Source: Candidatus Aceula lacicola (GTDB taxonomy: Bacteria; Omnitrophota; Gorgyraeia; Zapsychrales; Aceulaceae). Taken from it: a stretch of DNA of 64,000 nucleotides. Positions 50,502 to 60,041 of the stretch are shown here, one piece after another; within the stretch, counting starts at the first letter, position 1, and each line of letters begins with the position of its first letter. A program made the translations under genes and the position numbers. Under the pieces are notes generated by a model. That model did no database searches. It worked only from the letters and a program-made list of their open reading frames with translations, and was not told the origin of the DNA. The stretch is from contig JAVCCC010000048.1 in assembly GCA_030765785.1 (NCBI GenBank), positions 872-64,871 of the forward strand, written 5' to 3'.

Positions 50502-51838
50502 GCTCTTTTGTTGCCAACACAAAAAACGATGTCCAGCAAATGCTGAAGGTCATTGGGGCTAAATCCATTGATGATCTTTTTTTGGATATCAAATCTCGCC
50601 ACCAACCAAAATCGTTTAACATTCCAAGCGGATTATCGGAGTTTGAGGTTCTTGAACGCGTTCGAGGCATTGCATCAAAGAATGATGCCCGGCTTGTTTC
50701 GTTTCTAGGGGCGGGATTCTATGATCACTATGTTCCAGAAGCAGTCACGGCACTTACGTCTCGGGCTGAATTTTATACAGCCTATACACCTTATCAGCCA
50801 GAAAGTTCTCAAGGTATTTTGCAAGCGCTATATGAATATCAAAGCATGATCGCAACTTTAACGAATATGGATGTCGTAAACGCTTCTCTTTATGATGGGG
50901 GAACAGCGCTTTATGAGGCGATGATGATGGCGATTCGTATTAATCGAAGAAAGAAGATTGTGATGGATGGAGGTGTTAGTCCGATTTATCGAAAAATTAT
51001 TCGCAGCTATACATCAAATCTTGATATTGAGTTTAAAGAAACACCTATTGTGCATGGACGCGCCGATAGAGAGGCGATTAAGAATATTTTAGATGACAAG
51101 ACATCAGCGATTATTTTGCAAAATCCAAACTTTTTTGGATCGATTGACGACCATACAGATATTATTAAACAAGCACATAAGCTAGGTATTTTAGTGATTG
51201 AAAGCGTCTATCCTATTTCATTGGGAATTTTGAAAACACCTGGTGAGATGGACGCCGATATTGTTACAGGAGAAGGCCAGAGTCTCGGGCTTTCGCTTAA
51301 TTTTGGAGGGCCCTATTTAGGGTTTATGGCCACAAAAGAAAAGTATATTCGAAAAATGCCAGGACGAATTGTTGGGCAAACAGAAGATAAGAATGGTCGA
51401 AGATGTTTCGTTAATACTTTGCAGGCGCGTGAACAGCATATCCGTCGAGAGAAGGCAACGTCAAATATTTGCACCAACGTGGCTTTATGTGCTATTCAGG
51501 CTGCGATTTTTATGTCTTTACTAGGAAAACAAGGCCTTAAAGATTTAGCACAGCTTAATCTTGATAAAGCAGAATTTGCGCGCAAAACATTGGAAAAAAT
51601 AGAAGGCGTTGAGGTTAAACGTTCTTCGCCAACGTTTAATGAATTTACGATCTGCTTGCCTAAAAAGGCTAAGGATGTTGTTGAAAAAATGGTGCAAAAA
51701 GGGTTTGCGGCAGGATTTCCTTTGTCACGATATTATCCTGAAATGGAGAATTATTTATTAGTGGCTGTTACGGAGAAAAGAACAAAAGATGAAATTGTTT
51801 TGTTTGCAAATAATCTTGAAGGAGCGCTATGCAGTTAA
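50498..51838 (+). CDS. gcvPA: Glycine dehydrogenase subunit 1
   Basis: FLGAG.Y.H, FYTAYTPYQPE.SQG, NASLYDG, REQHIRREKATSNICTN; TTG start overlapping gcvH stop. Confidence 0.95.
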   Translation: MSSFVANTKNDVQQMLKVIGAKSIDDLFLDIKSRHQPKSFNIPSGLSEFEVLERVRGIASKNDARLVSFLGAGFYDHYVPEAVTALTSRAEFYTAYTPYQPESSQGILQALYEYQSMIATLTNMDVVNASLYDGGTALYEAMMMAIRINRRKKIVMDGGVSPIYRKIIRSYTSNLDIEFKETPIVHGRADREAIKNILDDKTSAIILQNPNFFGSIDDHTDIIKQAHKLGILVIESVYPISLGILKTPGEMDADIVTGEGQSLGLSLNFGGPYLGFMATKEKYIRKMPGRIVGQTEDKNGRRCFVNTLQAREQHIRREKATSNICTNVALCAIQAAIFMSLLGKQGLKDLAQLNLDKAEFARKTLEKIEGVEVKRSSPTFNEFTICLPKKAKDVVEKMVQKGFAAGFPLSRYYPEMENYLLVAVTEKRTKDEIVLFANNLEGALCS

Positions 51839-53277
51839 TTTTTGAAAAAAGTGTACCTGAACGCAAAGGATTTCAAGTTCCAAAATCCGACGTTTCTATG
51901 AAGGCAACTATTCCAGGTGCATATATAAGGAAGATAGATTGTCTTTGGCCAGAGGTTTCTGAGCTGGATGTTGTCCGCCATTTCACAAGACTTTCAAATT
52001 TGAATTATTCTTTGGATGCAAATTTTTATCCTTTGGGATCCTGCACTATGAAATATAATCCAAAGTTTACAGAAAAGGCTGCAAGCATTAAGGGGTTTGC
52101 CAATCTACATCCGGTGTTACCTCAGCTAGACGGGTCGCTTGTGCAGGGTGGTTTGGAAGTTCTTTTTGAGATGGATCAGCTTCTTTCGGAAATTACAGGA
52201 ATGGATAATTTTACGATGCAGCCTTTGGCAGGAGCACATGGAGAACTAACCGGCGTTATGTTAATGGCAGCATATCATCGCGCAAAAGGGAATAAGAAAA
52301 AATACATTATCATCCCAGATTCTGCCCATGGAACAAACCCTGCAAGCGCTACGATTGCTGGATACGACATTGTTTCAGTGCCGACAGATAAGAACGGTGT
52401 TTTAAGTTTAAAAGATTTTGAGGCAAAAATAACAGATGAATTGGCTGGCGTTATGCTGACATCGCCAAATACATTGGGGATATTTAATTCTAATATTGAT
52501 AAGATTGCAGATGCTGTTCATAAAGTCGATGGGCTGATGTATTATGATGGGGCAAATTTGAATGCACTTTTAGGTCGTGCACGACCAGGCGATTTAGGTT
52601 TTGATATTGTTCATATTAATTTGCACAAAACGTTTGCAACGCCACATGGTGGAGGGGGCCCAGGCGCAGGTCCTGTGGGTGTTAAAAAAAGTCTATCAAA
52701 GTTTTTGCCGATATCGAGAGTTATCAAAAAAGATGATCACACCTATGCCCTTGACTATAATTATCCAGAGTCCATTGGATACGTTGCGCCTTTTTACGGA
52801 AACTTCTCAGTTATTTTAAAAGCTTATGCTTATATCTTGATGCTGGGCAAGGAAGGATTAAGAGAAATCAGCGATCACGCTGTTTTAAACGCAAATTATA
52901 TTATGGCAAGATTAAAGAAATATTATGATCTTCCATTTGACCGCACATGCATGCACGAATGTGTTTTTTCAGCATCAAAACAAGAAAAAAATGGCGTGCA
53001 TGCGAATGATATTGCAAAATTTCTAATTGATAAGGGATTTCATCCTCCGACGGTATATTTTCCTCTTATTGTGAAAGAAGCTATTATGATTGAGCCAACC
53101 GAAACGGAATCTAAGCAAGAAATGGATCCATTTATTGAAGCCATGATTGAAGCGGCTCAACTATCGGAAAGCCATCCCGATCAATTCAAAGATTTTCCGA
53201 AAAACACACCCGTTTCTCGTCCAGATGAAGTTAAAGCAGCCAAAGACATCATTTGTAATCATTTTTTAAAGAAATAA
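51829..53277 (+). CDS. gcvPB: Glycine dehydrogenase subunit 2
   Basis: YPLGSCTMKYNP, AHGTNPASA, DGANLNA, NLHKTF.TPHGGGGPG, IEPTETE. Confidence 0.96.
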   Translation: MQLIFEKSVPERKGFQVPKSDVSMKATIPGAYIRKIDCLWPEVSELDVVRHFTRLSNLNYSLDANFYPLGSCTMKYNPKFTEKAASIKGFANLHPVLPQLDGSLVQGGLEVLFEMDQLLSEITGMDNFTMQPLAGAHGELTGVMLMAAYHRAKGNKKKYIIIPDSAHGTNPASATIAGYDIVSVPTDKNGVLSLKDFEAKITDELAGVMLTSPNTLGIFNSNIDKIADAVHKVDGLMYYDGANLNALLGRARPGDLGFDIVHINLHKTFATPHGGGGPGAGPVGVKKSLSKFLPISRVIKKDDHTYALDYNYPESIGYVAPFYGNFSVILKAYAYILMLGKEGLREISDHAVLNANYIMARLKKYYDLPFDRTCMHECVFSASKQEKNGVHANDIAKFLIDKGFHPPTVYFPLIVKEAIMIEPTETESKQEMDPFIEAMIEAAQLSESHPDQFKDFPKNTPVSRPDEVKAAKDIICNHFLKK

Positions 53278-53282
53278 AATTG

Positions 53283-53999
53283 ATGCGCCTTAAAACCGTT
53301 TCGTTTTCAACCCCTAAAGAAAATATTTTGTTTGATGATGTTTTGCTTGAATTTGCTGAGCAACAGAAGGCACCAGAAACGTTGCGTTTTTGGGAGTCGA
53401 ATCAATTGTTTGTTGTTTTAGGGAAGACATCAAAAATTGAAGATGATGTTTTTGTAGAGCTGGCGCGAAAAGATAATGTTTCAATTTTGCGCAGAAGTTC
53501 TGGTGGAGGCACCGTGCTGCAGGGTCAGGGATGTCTTAATTTTTCGTTGATTTTATCAAAAAATTATCACCCAGACCTTCAGACAATTAGGCGATCGTAT
53601 CAATTTATTTTAAGGAAAATCGTTGTCGCACTAGGCAGTCTCGGGGTCTTGGCTGAATGGCGATCAATATCTGATATTGTACTAAAAAACACAGATCAGA
53701 AGATTTCAGGCAATGCGCAAAAAAGGGCAAAAAATTTTATTTTGCATCATGGAACAATTCTTTACGATTTTAATCTTTCACTAATTGAGAAATATCTAAA
53801 AATGCCTAAAGTTTATCCTGATTACCGCGCAAATCGATCACACGCAGATTTTGTCTCAAGTGTCCAGATCAGGTGCGATGATATCCAGAGAGCGATTGCT
53901 GAACAATTTTCAATTTCTTTAAAGGAAGAGGATTTAAGTGTTGACGAGGAATATCACTTGAAGGAGCTTTGCAAGAAACGTTTGGAATGCATTTTATAG
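53283..53999 (+). CDS. Lipoate-protein ligase family (LplA/LipM-like)
   Basis: RRSSGGGTV, KISGNAQ, HHGTIL; follows the gcv genes. Confidence 0.88.
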   Translation: MRLKTVSFSTPKENILFDDVLLEFAEQQKAPETLRFWESNQLFVVLGKTSKIEDDVFVELARKDNVSILRRSSGGGTVLQGQGCLNFSLILSKNYHPDLQTIRRSYQFILRKIVVALGSLGVLAEWRSISDIVLKNTDQKISGNAQKRAKNFILHHGTILYDFNLSLIEKYLKMPKVYPDYRANRSHADFVSSVQIRCDDIQRAIAEQFSISLKEEDLSVDEEYHLKELCKKRLECIL

Positions 54000-54010
54000 T
54001 GAATTTTTTG

Positions 54011-54071
54011 TTTAAGATATGTTTTAAGAGCTCGTTTAAGATGTTGACAAGATTGATGTAAATTATATAAT
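54011..54071 (+). promoter_or_regulatory. Sigma70 promoter with three upstream TTTAAGA repeats
   Basis: TTTAAGA at 54011, 54023, 54035 (12-bp period), TTGACA 54044-54049, 16 bp, TATAAT 54066-54071. Confidence 0.65.
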
Positions 54072-54118
54072 AGCAATAGGATTGACAGGTAAACTTTTTT
54101 ATTCTTTAGGGAGAGCTT

Positions 54119-54520
54119 ATGAGACGGAAATTTATTATTTTGACATCACTCTGTATTTTTGCGCTCATGTTCTGCTTTGATTGTTTTGCTGGCTTGATTG
54201 ATTGGGAACGGCGTAATCGTTATCTTAAAGACAAGCAGCAAGAGTTAGGGTCTGAGGGTGTTCTTAGTGAGGATGCGCTTCCGGAGTGGATGAGGAAAGA
54301 GCCAAGGGTTAAGACGAAAGATGAAAAGCGACATGATATCAATCGTGATGGAAAGCTTCAGCCTGCAGAATCCAAAGTTTATTTAAGGCGTGTTATTCGA
54401 AAAGTAGAAAATGGAGGCAAGGTGGTATCGACATCCGAAATTCTTAAAGAATATGATAAGAATAAAGATGGTGTTATAACTCAGACTGAAGTTATTGAAA
54501 TAAGAGGGGATGTGTTTTAA
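54119..54520 (+). CDS. Secreted EF-hand protein
   Basis: Signal peptide; two DxNxDG loops (DINRDGKLQPAE, DKNKDGVITQTE). Confidence 0.8.
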   Translation: MRRKFIILTSLCIFALMFCFDCFAGLIDWERRNRYLKDKQQELGSEGVLSEDALPEWMRKEPRVKTKDEKRHDINRDGKLQPAESKVYLRRVIRKVENGGKVVSTSEILKEYDKNKDGVITQTEVIEIRGDVF

Positions 54521-54547
54521 GAAATATTTTAAATTAAAGAGAATTCT

Positions 54548-54579
54548 AACTCGCTTAATTATTTTTAAGCGAGTTTTTT
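54548..54579 (+). terminator. Rho-independent terminator
   Basis: AACTCGCTTAA-TTATTT-TTAAGCGAGTT followed by TTTT. Confidence 0.8.
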
Positions 54580-54640
54580 ATTGTGTTTAAAAAATTTGCA
54601 AAATCGATATATAAGTATATATATATGCTATAATATCCTC

Positions 54641-55909
54641 ATGAAAAATAAAAGGGTCAGTTTATTTTTAGGTTTTTCCTTTCTTTTTTTATTATTTGTT
54701 GTAAATCTTTCCGCGAAGACACTTCCAGGCCAGAATTCAGAAGAATACAAAACTTATCGAAGCTATCTAGATTTTTTTGAAGAAATTTATGAGACGATGG
54801 AGCAAAATTATTACTATCCTGTCAAACGAGAAGATTTTGAGCGTTTTATTGATAAATTTGATGAGGAAATTTATGGCAAATTAGAGCAAAAACAATTATT
54901 TGATGAATTTGTCAATGTACGTTCTGGCGCCTTGGTCGTTGATTTTTTAAAGACAAAAGAAGATATTTTTTCGAGGTTATATCCATCGCAGGTTGTTGAT
55001 GATTTTAAGGAGGAGGTTCTGGGAAAAAGGTCGGATCTTGGCATTGAGGGCCAGCTTATTGATGGTGAGTATAGAGTTAGTTTTATTGAACTAAGATCAG
55101 ATGCTTATGCTAAGGGTCTTAGGGAGAATGATATTGTCATTGCTATAGATAGAACAAAGGTTTCTGAATTGACACAAGATGAGATTGTTGAGAAATTGAC
55201 ACCTGAGATTGATTTGGTTGTAAAGATTGTTTATGTGAACAGTGAGAGCCAAAAGAAAAAAACAGTCTCGGTTAAGGCTCAAGAATATTTTAAGCAAACG
55301 GTATTTCCCGTCATGATTCATATCCCTGATGTGTATTGCTTTCAAATTCAGCGTTTTAATCGTAAAACGTCAGAGGATTTATCTCGCTATTTACTCGTCA
55401 TGAATCAGCAGGGTCCCACGGCGTTAGTTTTGGATTTGCGGGGAAATCCTGGGGGACCTCCTTTGGCCGCGCGTGAAATTGCGTCATTCTTTTTGACGCC
55501 GGGTGATGAATTTGCTTATTTTCAACACAAAGGGGACGAGAAAAATGTTTTGGATGTTCCCAGGATTCCAGATCAATATCTTTATCGTGGTCCTATTGCG
55601 ATTTTGATCGATAAGGAAAGCGGAAGTGCATCTGAGCTTTTTTCTGGTATTATGCAAAAACAAAATCGGGCGCTTTTATTTGGTAGTCGAACCGCGGGTC
55701 AGGTTTTTTTAAAAAGTATGTTTAATCTTGAGAATGAATCGATGCTTGTCTTGGTAACGGCTAGAGGTCATTTTCCTGATGGAGATATTTTTAAATTTGA
55801 AGGCCTTATTCCACAGTTTTATGTTGATGATACGGGATCGGACCTTGTTTATTTTGCTGCTGGTTTTTTGACGGCTGCACTTAGACAAAACAAAATGGAT
55901 GTAAAATAG
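54641..55909 (+). CDS. S41-family (C-terminal processing) peptidase with PDZ domain
   Basis: Signal peptide, PDZ (A...GL...D.VIAID), LDLRGNPGG, SGSASE, TAGQ; start moved to ATG 54641; extended -10 TGcTATAAT at 54626-54634. Confidence 0.85.
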   Translation: MKNKRVSLFLGFSFLFLLFVVNLSAKTLPGQNSEEYKTYRSYLDFFEEIYETMEQNYYYPVKREDFERFIDKFDEEIYGKLEQKQLFDEFVNVRSGALVVDFLKTKEDIFSRLYPSQVVDDFKEEVLGKRSDLGIEGQLIDGEYRVSFIELRSDAYAKGLRENDIVIAIDRTKVSELTQDEIVEKLTPEIDLVVKIVYVNSESQKKKTVSVKAQEYFKQTVFPVMIHIPDVYCFQIQRFNRKTSEDLSRYLLVMNQQGPTALVLDLRGNPGGPPLAAREIASFFLTPGDEFAYFQHKGDEKNVLDVPRIPDQYLYRGPIAILIDKESGSASELFSGIMQKQNRALLFGSRTAGQVFLKSMFNLENESMLVLVTARGHFPDGDIFKFEGLIPQFYVDDTGSDLVYFAAGFLTAALRQNKMDVK

Positions 55910-55919
55910 AGGTGCAAGA

Positions 55920-56288
55920 ATGCTTATTATTTTTTTAAAGTTATTTCTAATGCAGATCGTTGTTGGTGCTGTTGTTGTCTTTATTCTCAAGAAAGTGCTG
56001 GATCATCAGCTTGTAGAGCTAGCCATCAAAACGTTTAAGAATGCAAAGCTTGAGCCAGATGACTTAAAGCTTGGAAGTATTCTTGCCAGTTCTCCGGGTA
56101 GTGTATCAAAAAAGATTCAAGATCGTGTTTCTCAAGTAGCTGAGAAAAAATTTGGTCGACCAATGTCCATTGTCATAAAAAAAGACAAAAATCTTAAAGG
56201 TGGATTGATTATTTATTTGAATAGTTCGATTATTGATTATAGTTTAGTAGGGCGCCTGAAAGAGGGCGGAATTATTAGAAAAATATGA
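55920..56288 (+). CDS. Membrane-anchored protein with ATP synthase delta/OSCP C-terminal-like motif
   Basis: N-terminal TM; C-terminus D..L.GGLII......IDYSL..RL resembles the delta subunit C-domain. Confidence 0.55.
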   Translation: MLIIFLKLFLMQIVVGAVVVFILKKVLDHQLVELAIKTFKNAKLEPDDLKLGSILASSPGSVSKKIQDRVSQVAEKKFGRPMSIVIKKDKNLKGGLIIYLNSSIIDYSLVGRLKEGGIIRKI

Positions 56289-57010
56289 ATTCAAAAGTCT
56301 TAGTTATTATTCCAGCGTTTAACGAAAGTGATAACATTGTTCACGTTATTGAGAATATAGAATCATCTGGGTTTGCTTGTGAGATTTTAGTGGTGGATGA
56401 TGGGTCTTGTGACGACACCTCTTCGGTCGCGCGATCGTGTGGCGTTGGGGTTGTTCGTTTGCCATTCAATTTGGGTATTGGTGGGGCCGTGCAAACTGGG
56501 TTTTTGTATGCGGCTCGATACGGATTTGATATTGCCATTCAATTTGACGGTGATGGGCAGCACGATGCTCAGTTTTTCAATAAGCTCATTGAGCCAATTG
56601 TCGCTGATCAAGCGGATGTGGTCGTTGGTAGTCGATTTTTACCACCAAATTTGGGATATCAATCTTCGTGGATCAGGCGCATTGGAATTCATTTCTTTTC
56701 ATGGTTGATTAGTTTTCTGACAGGCATGACAATAACTGATCCAACTTCCGGGTTTCGCGCCTGCGGCCGAAAGGTGATTAAAGTTTTTGCTTACGATTAT
56801 CCTTTAGACTTTCCGGAGCCAGAATCGATCATAGAGGTCAAGAAAACTGGAGCACGCATTGTTGAGATCCCCGTTCAAATGAAAGAGCGAATTTCAGGGC
56901 ATTCTTCCATTCGATACTTAAAAACTTTGTATTACATGGTTAAGGTTACATTTGCAATTTTATTGCGTATCATTCAAACTAAAAAACAGGTAGGTGATCA
57001 TGATGATTAA
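56285..57010 (+). CDS. GT2 glycosyltransferase (DPM1-like)
   Basis: IPAFNE, VVDDGS.D, NLGIGGAVQTG, DGDGQH, DPTSGFR. Confidence 0.92.
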   Translation: MNSKVLVIIPAFNESDNIVHVIENIESSGFACEILVVDDGSCDDTSSVARSCGVGVVRLPFNLGIGGAVQTGFLYAARYGFDIAIQFDGDGQHDAQFFNKLIEPIVADQADVVVGSRFLPPNLGYQSSWIRRIGIHFFSWLISFLTGMTITDPTSGFRACGRKVIKVFAYDYPLDFPEPESIIEVKKTGARIVEIPVQMKERISGHSSIRYLKTLYYMVKVTFAILLRIIQTKKQVGDHDD

Positions 57011-57344
57011 AACATTAACTTTTTTCTTATCAATTATAATCCTTTTTGTTATTATTGATTTTTCTCGGCGCGGAAAGCTGACATTCAAATATGCGATCGG
57101 TTGGCTTTGCTTAGGTGTTCTAGGTATTTTATTTACGGTATTTGACCAGCTTCTTTTTTCCCTATCGGATTTTTGTGGGTTTGCATTGATGAGTAATTTT
57201 ATTTTCTTCTCATTGTTTTGTTTTTTTGTTTTTTCAAGTCTTCTTTTATCAACGTTTTTATGTCAGCAGAATAAGCGAAATGATATCATGGCGCAAAAAA
57301 TTGCTTTGTTGGAAAAAGAAATAAAAACACTTAAAGGGGAATAG
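56994..57344 (+). CDS. DUF2304-like small membrane protein
   Basis: Three TMs, R..KL..KYAI.W, C-terminal AQ.IALL coiled coil; usual partner of the preceding GT2. Confidence 0.75.
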   Translation: MIMMIKTLTFFLSIIILFVIIDFSRRGKLTFKYAIGWLCLGVLGILFTVFDQLLFSLSDFCGFALMSNFIFFSLFCFFVFSSLLLSTFLCQQNKRNDIMAQKIALLEKEIKTLKGE

Positions 57345-57348
57345 CTTT

Positions 57349-58341
57349 ATGTCAGATGGATTAGTCTCTATTGTCATTCCTGCCTATAACGCACAGAAAA
57401 CACTAGGGCTAACGCTCCAAGCTGTTTTAAATCAGACATATCATGGGCCAAAAGAAATCATTGTGGTGGACGATGGTTCGACAGACAAGACGACAGATTT
57501 TGTTAAGTTATACAAGGATGTTGTTTACATTCACCAAAAAAATGCAGGTCCAGCAACGGCGCGCAATAGAGGCTTTTCGGCATCCAAGGGCGAATTTGTT
57601 TTTTTTACGGATTCGGATTGCATTCCAAAGTCGGACTGGATTGAAAAATCGCTTGCTGGATTTTTAGACTCTTCGACAGGCGTTGTTTGCGGTAGCTATG
57701 GAATTGCTGATTCTGAAAGCTTGCTTGCCCGATGTATTCATAAGGAGATTGTTTTCAGGCACCATCATCTGATGCGAGTGTTTCCAAAGTCCTTTGGTGG
57801 TTATAACTTTTGCGTCAGAAGAAATATTTTTGAGGCGGCTGGCGGTTTTGATGCAAGTTATCGAAATGCAAGCGGGGAGGACAACAATTTAAGCTATAAG
57901 ATTCTAGAGCTTGGATCAAAGATTTATTTTGAGCCGAAATCGTCGGTCGATCATTTTTTTCCAACGTCAATCAAGAAATATTTGCTTGAACAATTTCGAC
58001 ATGGATTTTGGCGCGTTAAGATTTATCTCGATCATCCTCTGATGACCAAAGGCGACGATTACACTTTTTGGAAAGATATCGTTGAGCCTCCTGTTGTCTT
58101 TGGTTTGTTCTTTCTTTTCGTTGCTGGGCTATTTGGCCTTAATGCTGATCTCGCGATCCGCATGATTGTCTTTGGGCTTTTGGCCTTAGAGCTTTTTTTT
58201 GGAATGTGGATGACCAGAAGCTTTAAAGAGGGAGTCTTCTTTGGCCTTGTTCTATTCTTTAGAGCATTTTTAAGAAGCCTTGGATTTGCTTGCGGAATGA
58301 CACATTTTACTCTCCAGAAAGTGTTTCAAAAAGAACAATAA
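57349..58341 (+). CDS. GT2 glycosyltransferase with C-terminal TM helices
   Basis: SIVIPAYN, VVDDGSTD, GPATARN.G, FTDSD, GGFD, GED. Confidence 0.9.
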   Translation: MSDGLVSIVIPAYNAQKTLGLTLQAVLNQTYHGPKEIIVVDDGSTDKTTDFVKLYKDVVYIHQKNAGPATARNRGFSASKGEFVFFTDSDCIPKSDWIEKSLAGFLDSSTGVVCGSYGIADSESLLARCIHKEIVFRHHHLMRVFPKSFGGYNFCVRRNIFEAAGGFDASYRNASGEDNNLSYKILELGSKIYFEPKSSVDHFFPTSIKKYLLEQFRHGFWRVKIYLDHPLMTKGDDYTFWKDIVEPPVVFGLFFLFVAGLFGLNADLAIRMIVFGLLALELFFGMWMTRSFKEGVFFGLVLFFRAFLRSLGFACGMTHFTLQKVFQKEQ

Positions 58342-58373
58342 GTGCTTGCAAGATTAGGCACTTATGATAAGAT
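58338..58373 (+). promoter_or_regulatory. Promoter with overlapping inverted repeat upstream of the secretin module
   Basis: TTGCAA 58346-58351, TG-a-TAAGAT to 58373; inverted repeat ATAAGTGCTT (58338-58347) / AGGCACTTAT (58356-58365). Confidence 0.45.
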
Positions 58374-58431
58374 TAGCGTATAAAGAATATAAATCTTGTT
58401 AAATCTACTTAACTTATTATATTAGCGTCCT

Positions 58432-59310
58432 ATGGCTTACCATACATTACTTGGATTTAAAAAAGAACCTTTTTCTACGAGTCCAGACCCGCAGTTTTTC
58501 TATCTTACTAAAGAACATGACATGGCATTAACAAGTATCCTGATTGAACTTCGATTAAGGCGAGGCCTGACCGTTATTCTTGGTGATATCGGAACGGGAA
58601 AAACAACCCTTTCTCGAAAGCTTGTCCAAGAGCTAAAAGATCGTGGCAATATGATTTTCCACATGATTTTAAATCCAGATTTTGAAACAGAGGAGCAATT
58701 CCTAACAACACTTTTACGTAATTTTGATGTTGAGCTGACCGATGAATCAATGTCGGACATGGCAAATATTTTAGAGCTACGCGATTCTGTTGAAAAATTC
58801 TTAATCCAAAAAGCTGAAGAAAAACAAACCATTATTTTGATTGTTGACGAAGCGCAAAAGTTAAATTTAGTCACGCTTGAAGTTTTGCGTGTTTTGCTAA
58901 ATTTTGAGACGAATGAATATAAATTAATTCAGCTTGTTCTTTTAGGGCAGCTTGAACTTTATTCAAAAATTGTTTCCATGCCAAACTTCATTGACCGCGT
59001 AAGCTTTAAATATACGCTCAATCCTCTTGATATAGACGAGACCAAAGCGCTCATTCAGTATCGCATCCGGCAGGCTGGATATGAGGGGCATATGCAGCTT
59101 TTCAATGATGATGCGGTGAGTGAGATTTATAACTATTCGCGAGGGTATCCAAGACACATTACGATGCTTTGCCATAAAGTTTTAAAGGAATTGATTTTGC
59201 AAAATCGCGAAGCAGTTGACAGAGATATCGTTTTAAATGTTTTAGAAAAAGAGCGTCGTGTCGGATGGGGACGTGCGGAATCTTTTAGGCGAGGAAATCC
59301 GACATTTTAA
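58432..59310 (+). CDS. ExeA/GspA/MshM-like AAA ATPase
   Basis: PFS.SPDP.FFY, Walker A GDIGTGKT, Walker B IVDEAQ, LLGQ.EL, S.GYPR.I..LC; no C-terminal periplasmic domain. Confidence 0.88.
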   Translation: MAYHTLLGFKKEPFSTSPDPQFFYLTKEHDMALTSILIELRLRRGLTVILGDIGTGKTTLSRKLVQELKDRGNMIFHMILNPDFETEEQFLTTLLRNFDVELTDESMSDMANILELRDSVEKFLIQKAEEKQTIILIVDEAQKLNLVTLEVLRVLLNFETNEYKLIQLVLLGQLELYSKIVSMPNFIDRVSFKYTLNPLDIDETKALIQYRIRQAGYEGHMQLFNDDAVSEIYNYSRGYPRHITMLCHKVLKELILQNREAVDRDIVLNVLEKERRVGWGRAESFRRGNPTF

Positions 59311-59330
59311 CATAAAAGCATAGAACAAAA

Positions 59331-60041
59331 ATGGCTAAAAAAGAAACCGCAGAACAAAAGCTTTTAAAAATTATCGAAGGCGATTCGGAGACACCGGAAC
59401 AATCTTCGGGTGAACAAACGTCTGATCAATCACAGCAAGTCGCTCAAGAGGTTGCCTCTGCTGTTAAAGGGACTGGCGTTTCAGCGCCACCTATTTTTTC
59501 TGCTGTTTTAGATAGAATGAGGGATTTGCAGATTCCCATTCCTAGTTTAAAATCGCTTGGCCTCAGAGAGGCTAATTTTGTGCTGATGGTTATGATTATT
59601 TTTTCTGTTTTAATCTTAGGTTCCGTGTATCAATCGGAAACAAAAAATATGTCGAATAATTTAAATTTTGTCGAAGATGTGATAAAGCCAAAAATTGCAA
59701 AAGCCGTAAGCATCATGCCAGAGTATCAAAATCTAGCATCGTTTTTAGAAACAATTTTAACGCGTAATATTTTTAGGCCTTACGAAGAAAAGGAATCCGA
59801 GGTAGCGAACGGGATTCCACTTGGAACGCAAAAGATTGCATTAAAATTGGAAAAGTTAAAGTTGGTCGGAATCTCTTGGCTTGATATGCCAAATTCGGCA
59901 TCAGCCATGGTTGAGAACGCTGACGGGATGACGTATTTTCTGAAAGAAGGGGAAAATATTAATCAAGTAACGATTAAAGCCATTTATGCTGATCGTGTTG
60001 TTTTTAGCTTTGAAGATCAAGAAATGGAAATTCGTCTATGA
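59331..60041 (+). CDS. Bitopic GspC/PilP-like protein
   Basis: One TM, RNIF.P, LKLVGI, A.VE, T.FLKEG..I......I..D.V HR-like domain; directly precedes a secretin. Confidence 0.6.
   Translation: MAKKETAEQKLLKIIEGDSETPEQSSGEQTSDQSQQVAQEVASAVKGTGVSAPPIFSAVLDRMRDLQIPIPSLKSLGLREANFVLMVMIIFSVLILGSVYQSETKNMSNNLNFVEDVIKPKIAKAVSIMPEYQNLASFLETILTRNIFRPYEEKESEVANGIPLGTQKIALKLEKLKLVGISWLDMPNSASAMVENADGMTYFLKEGENINQVTIKAIYADRVVFSFEDQEMEIRL

Noticed and set aside
54616-54626. (TA)5 tract as a phase-variable promoter spacer
   Set aside because: Short tract in AT-rich DNA, and no clear -35 whose spacing it would alter.
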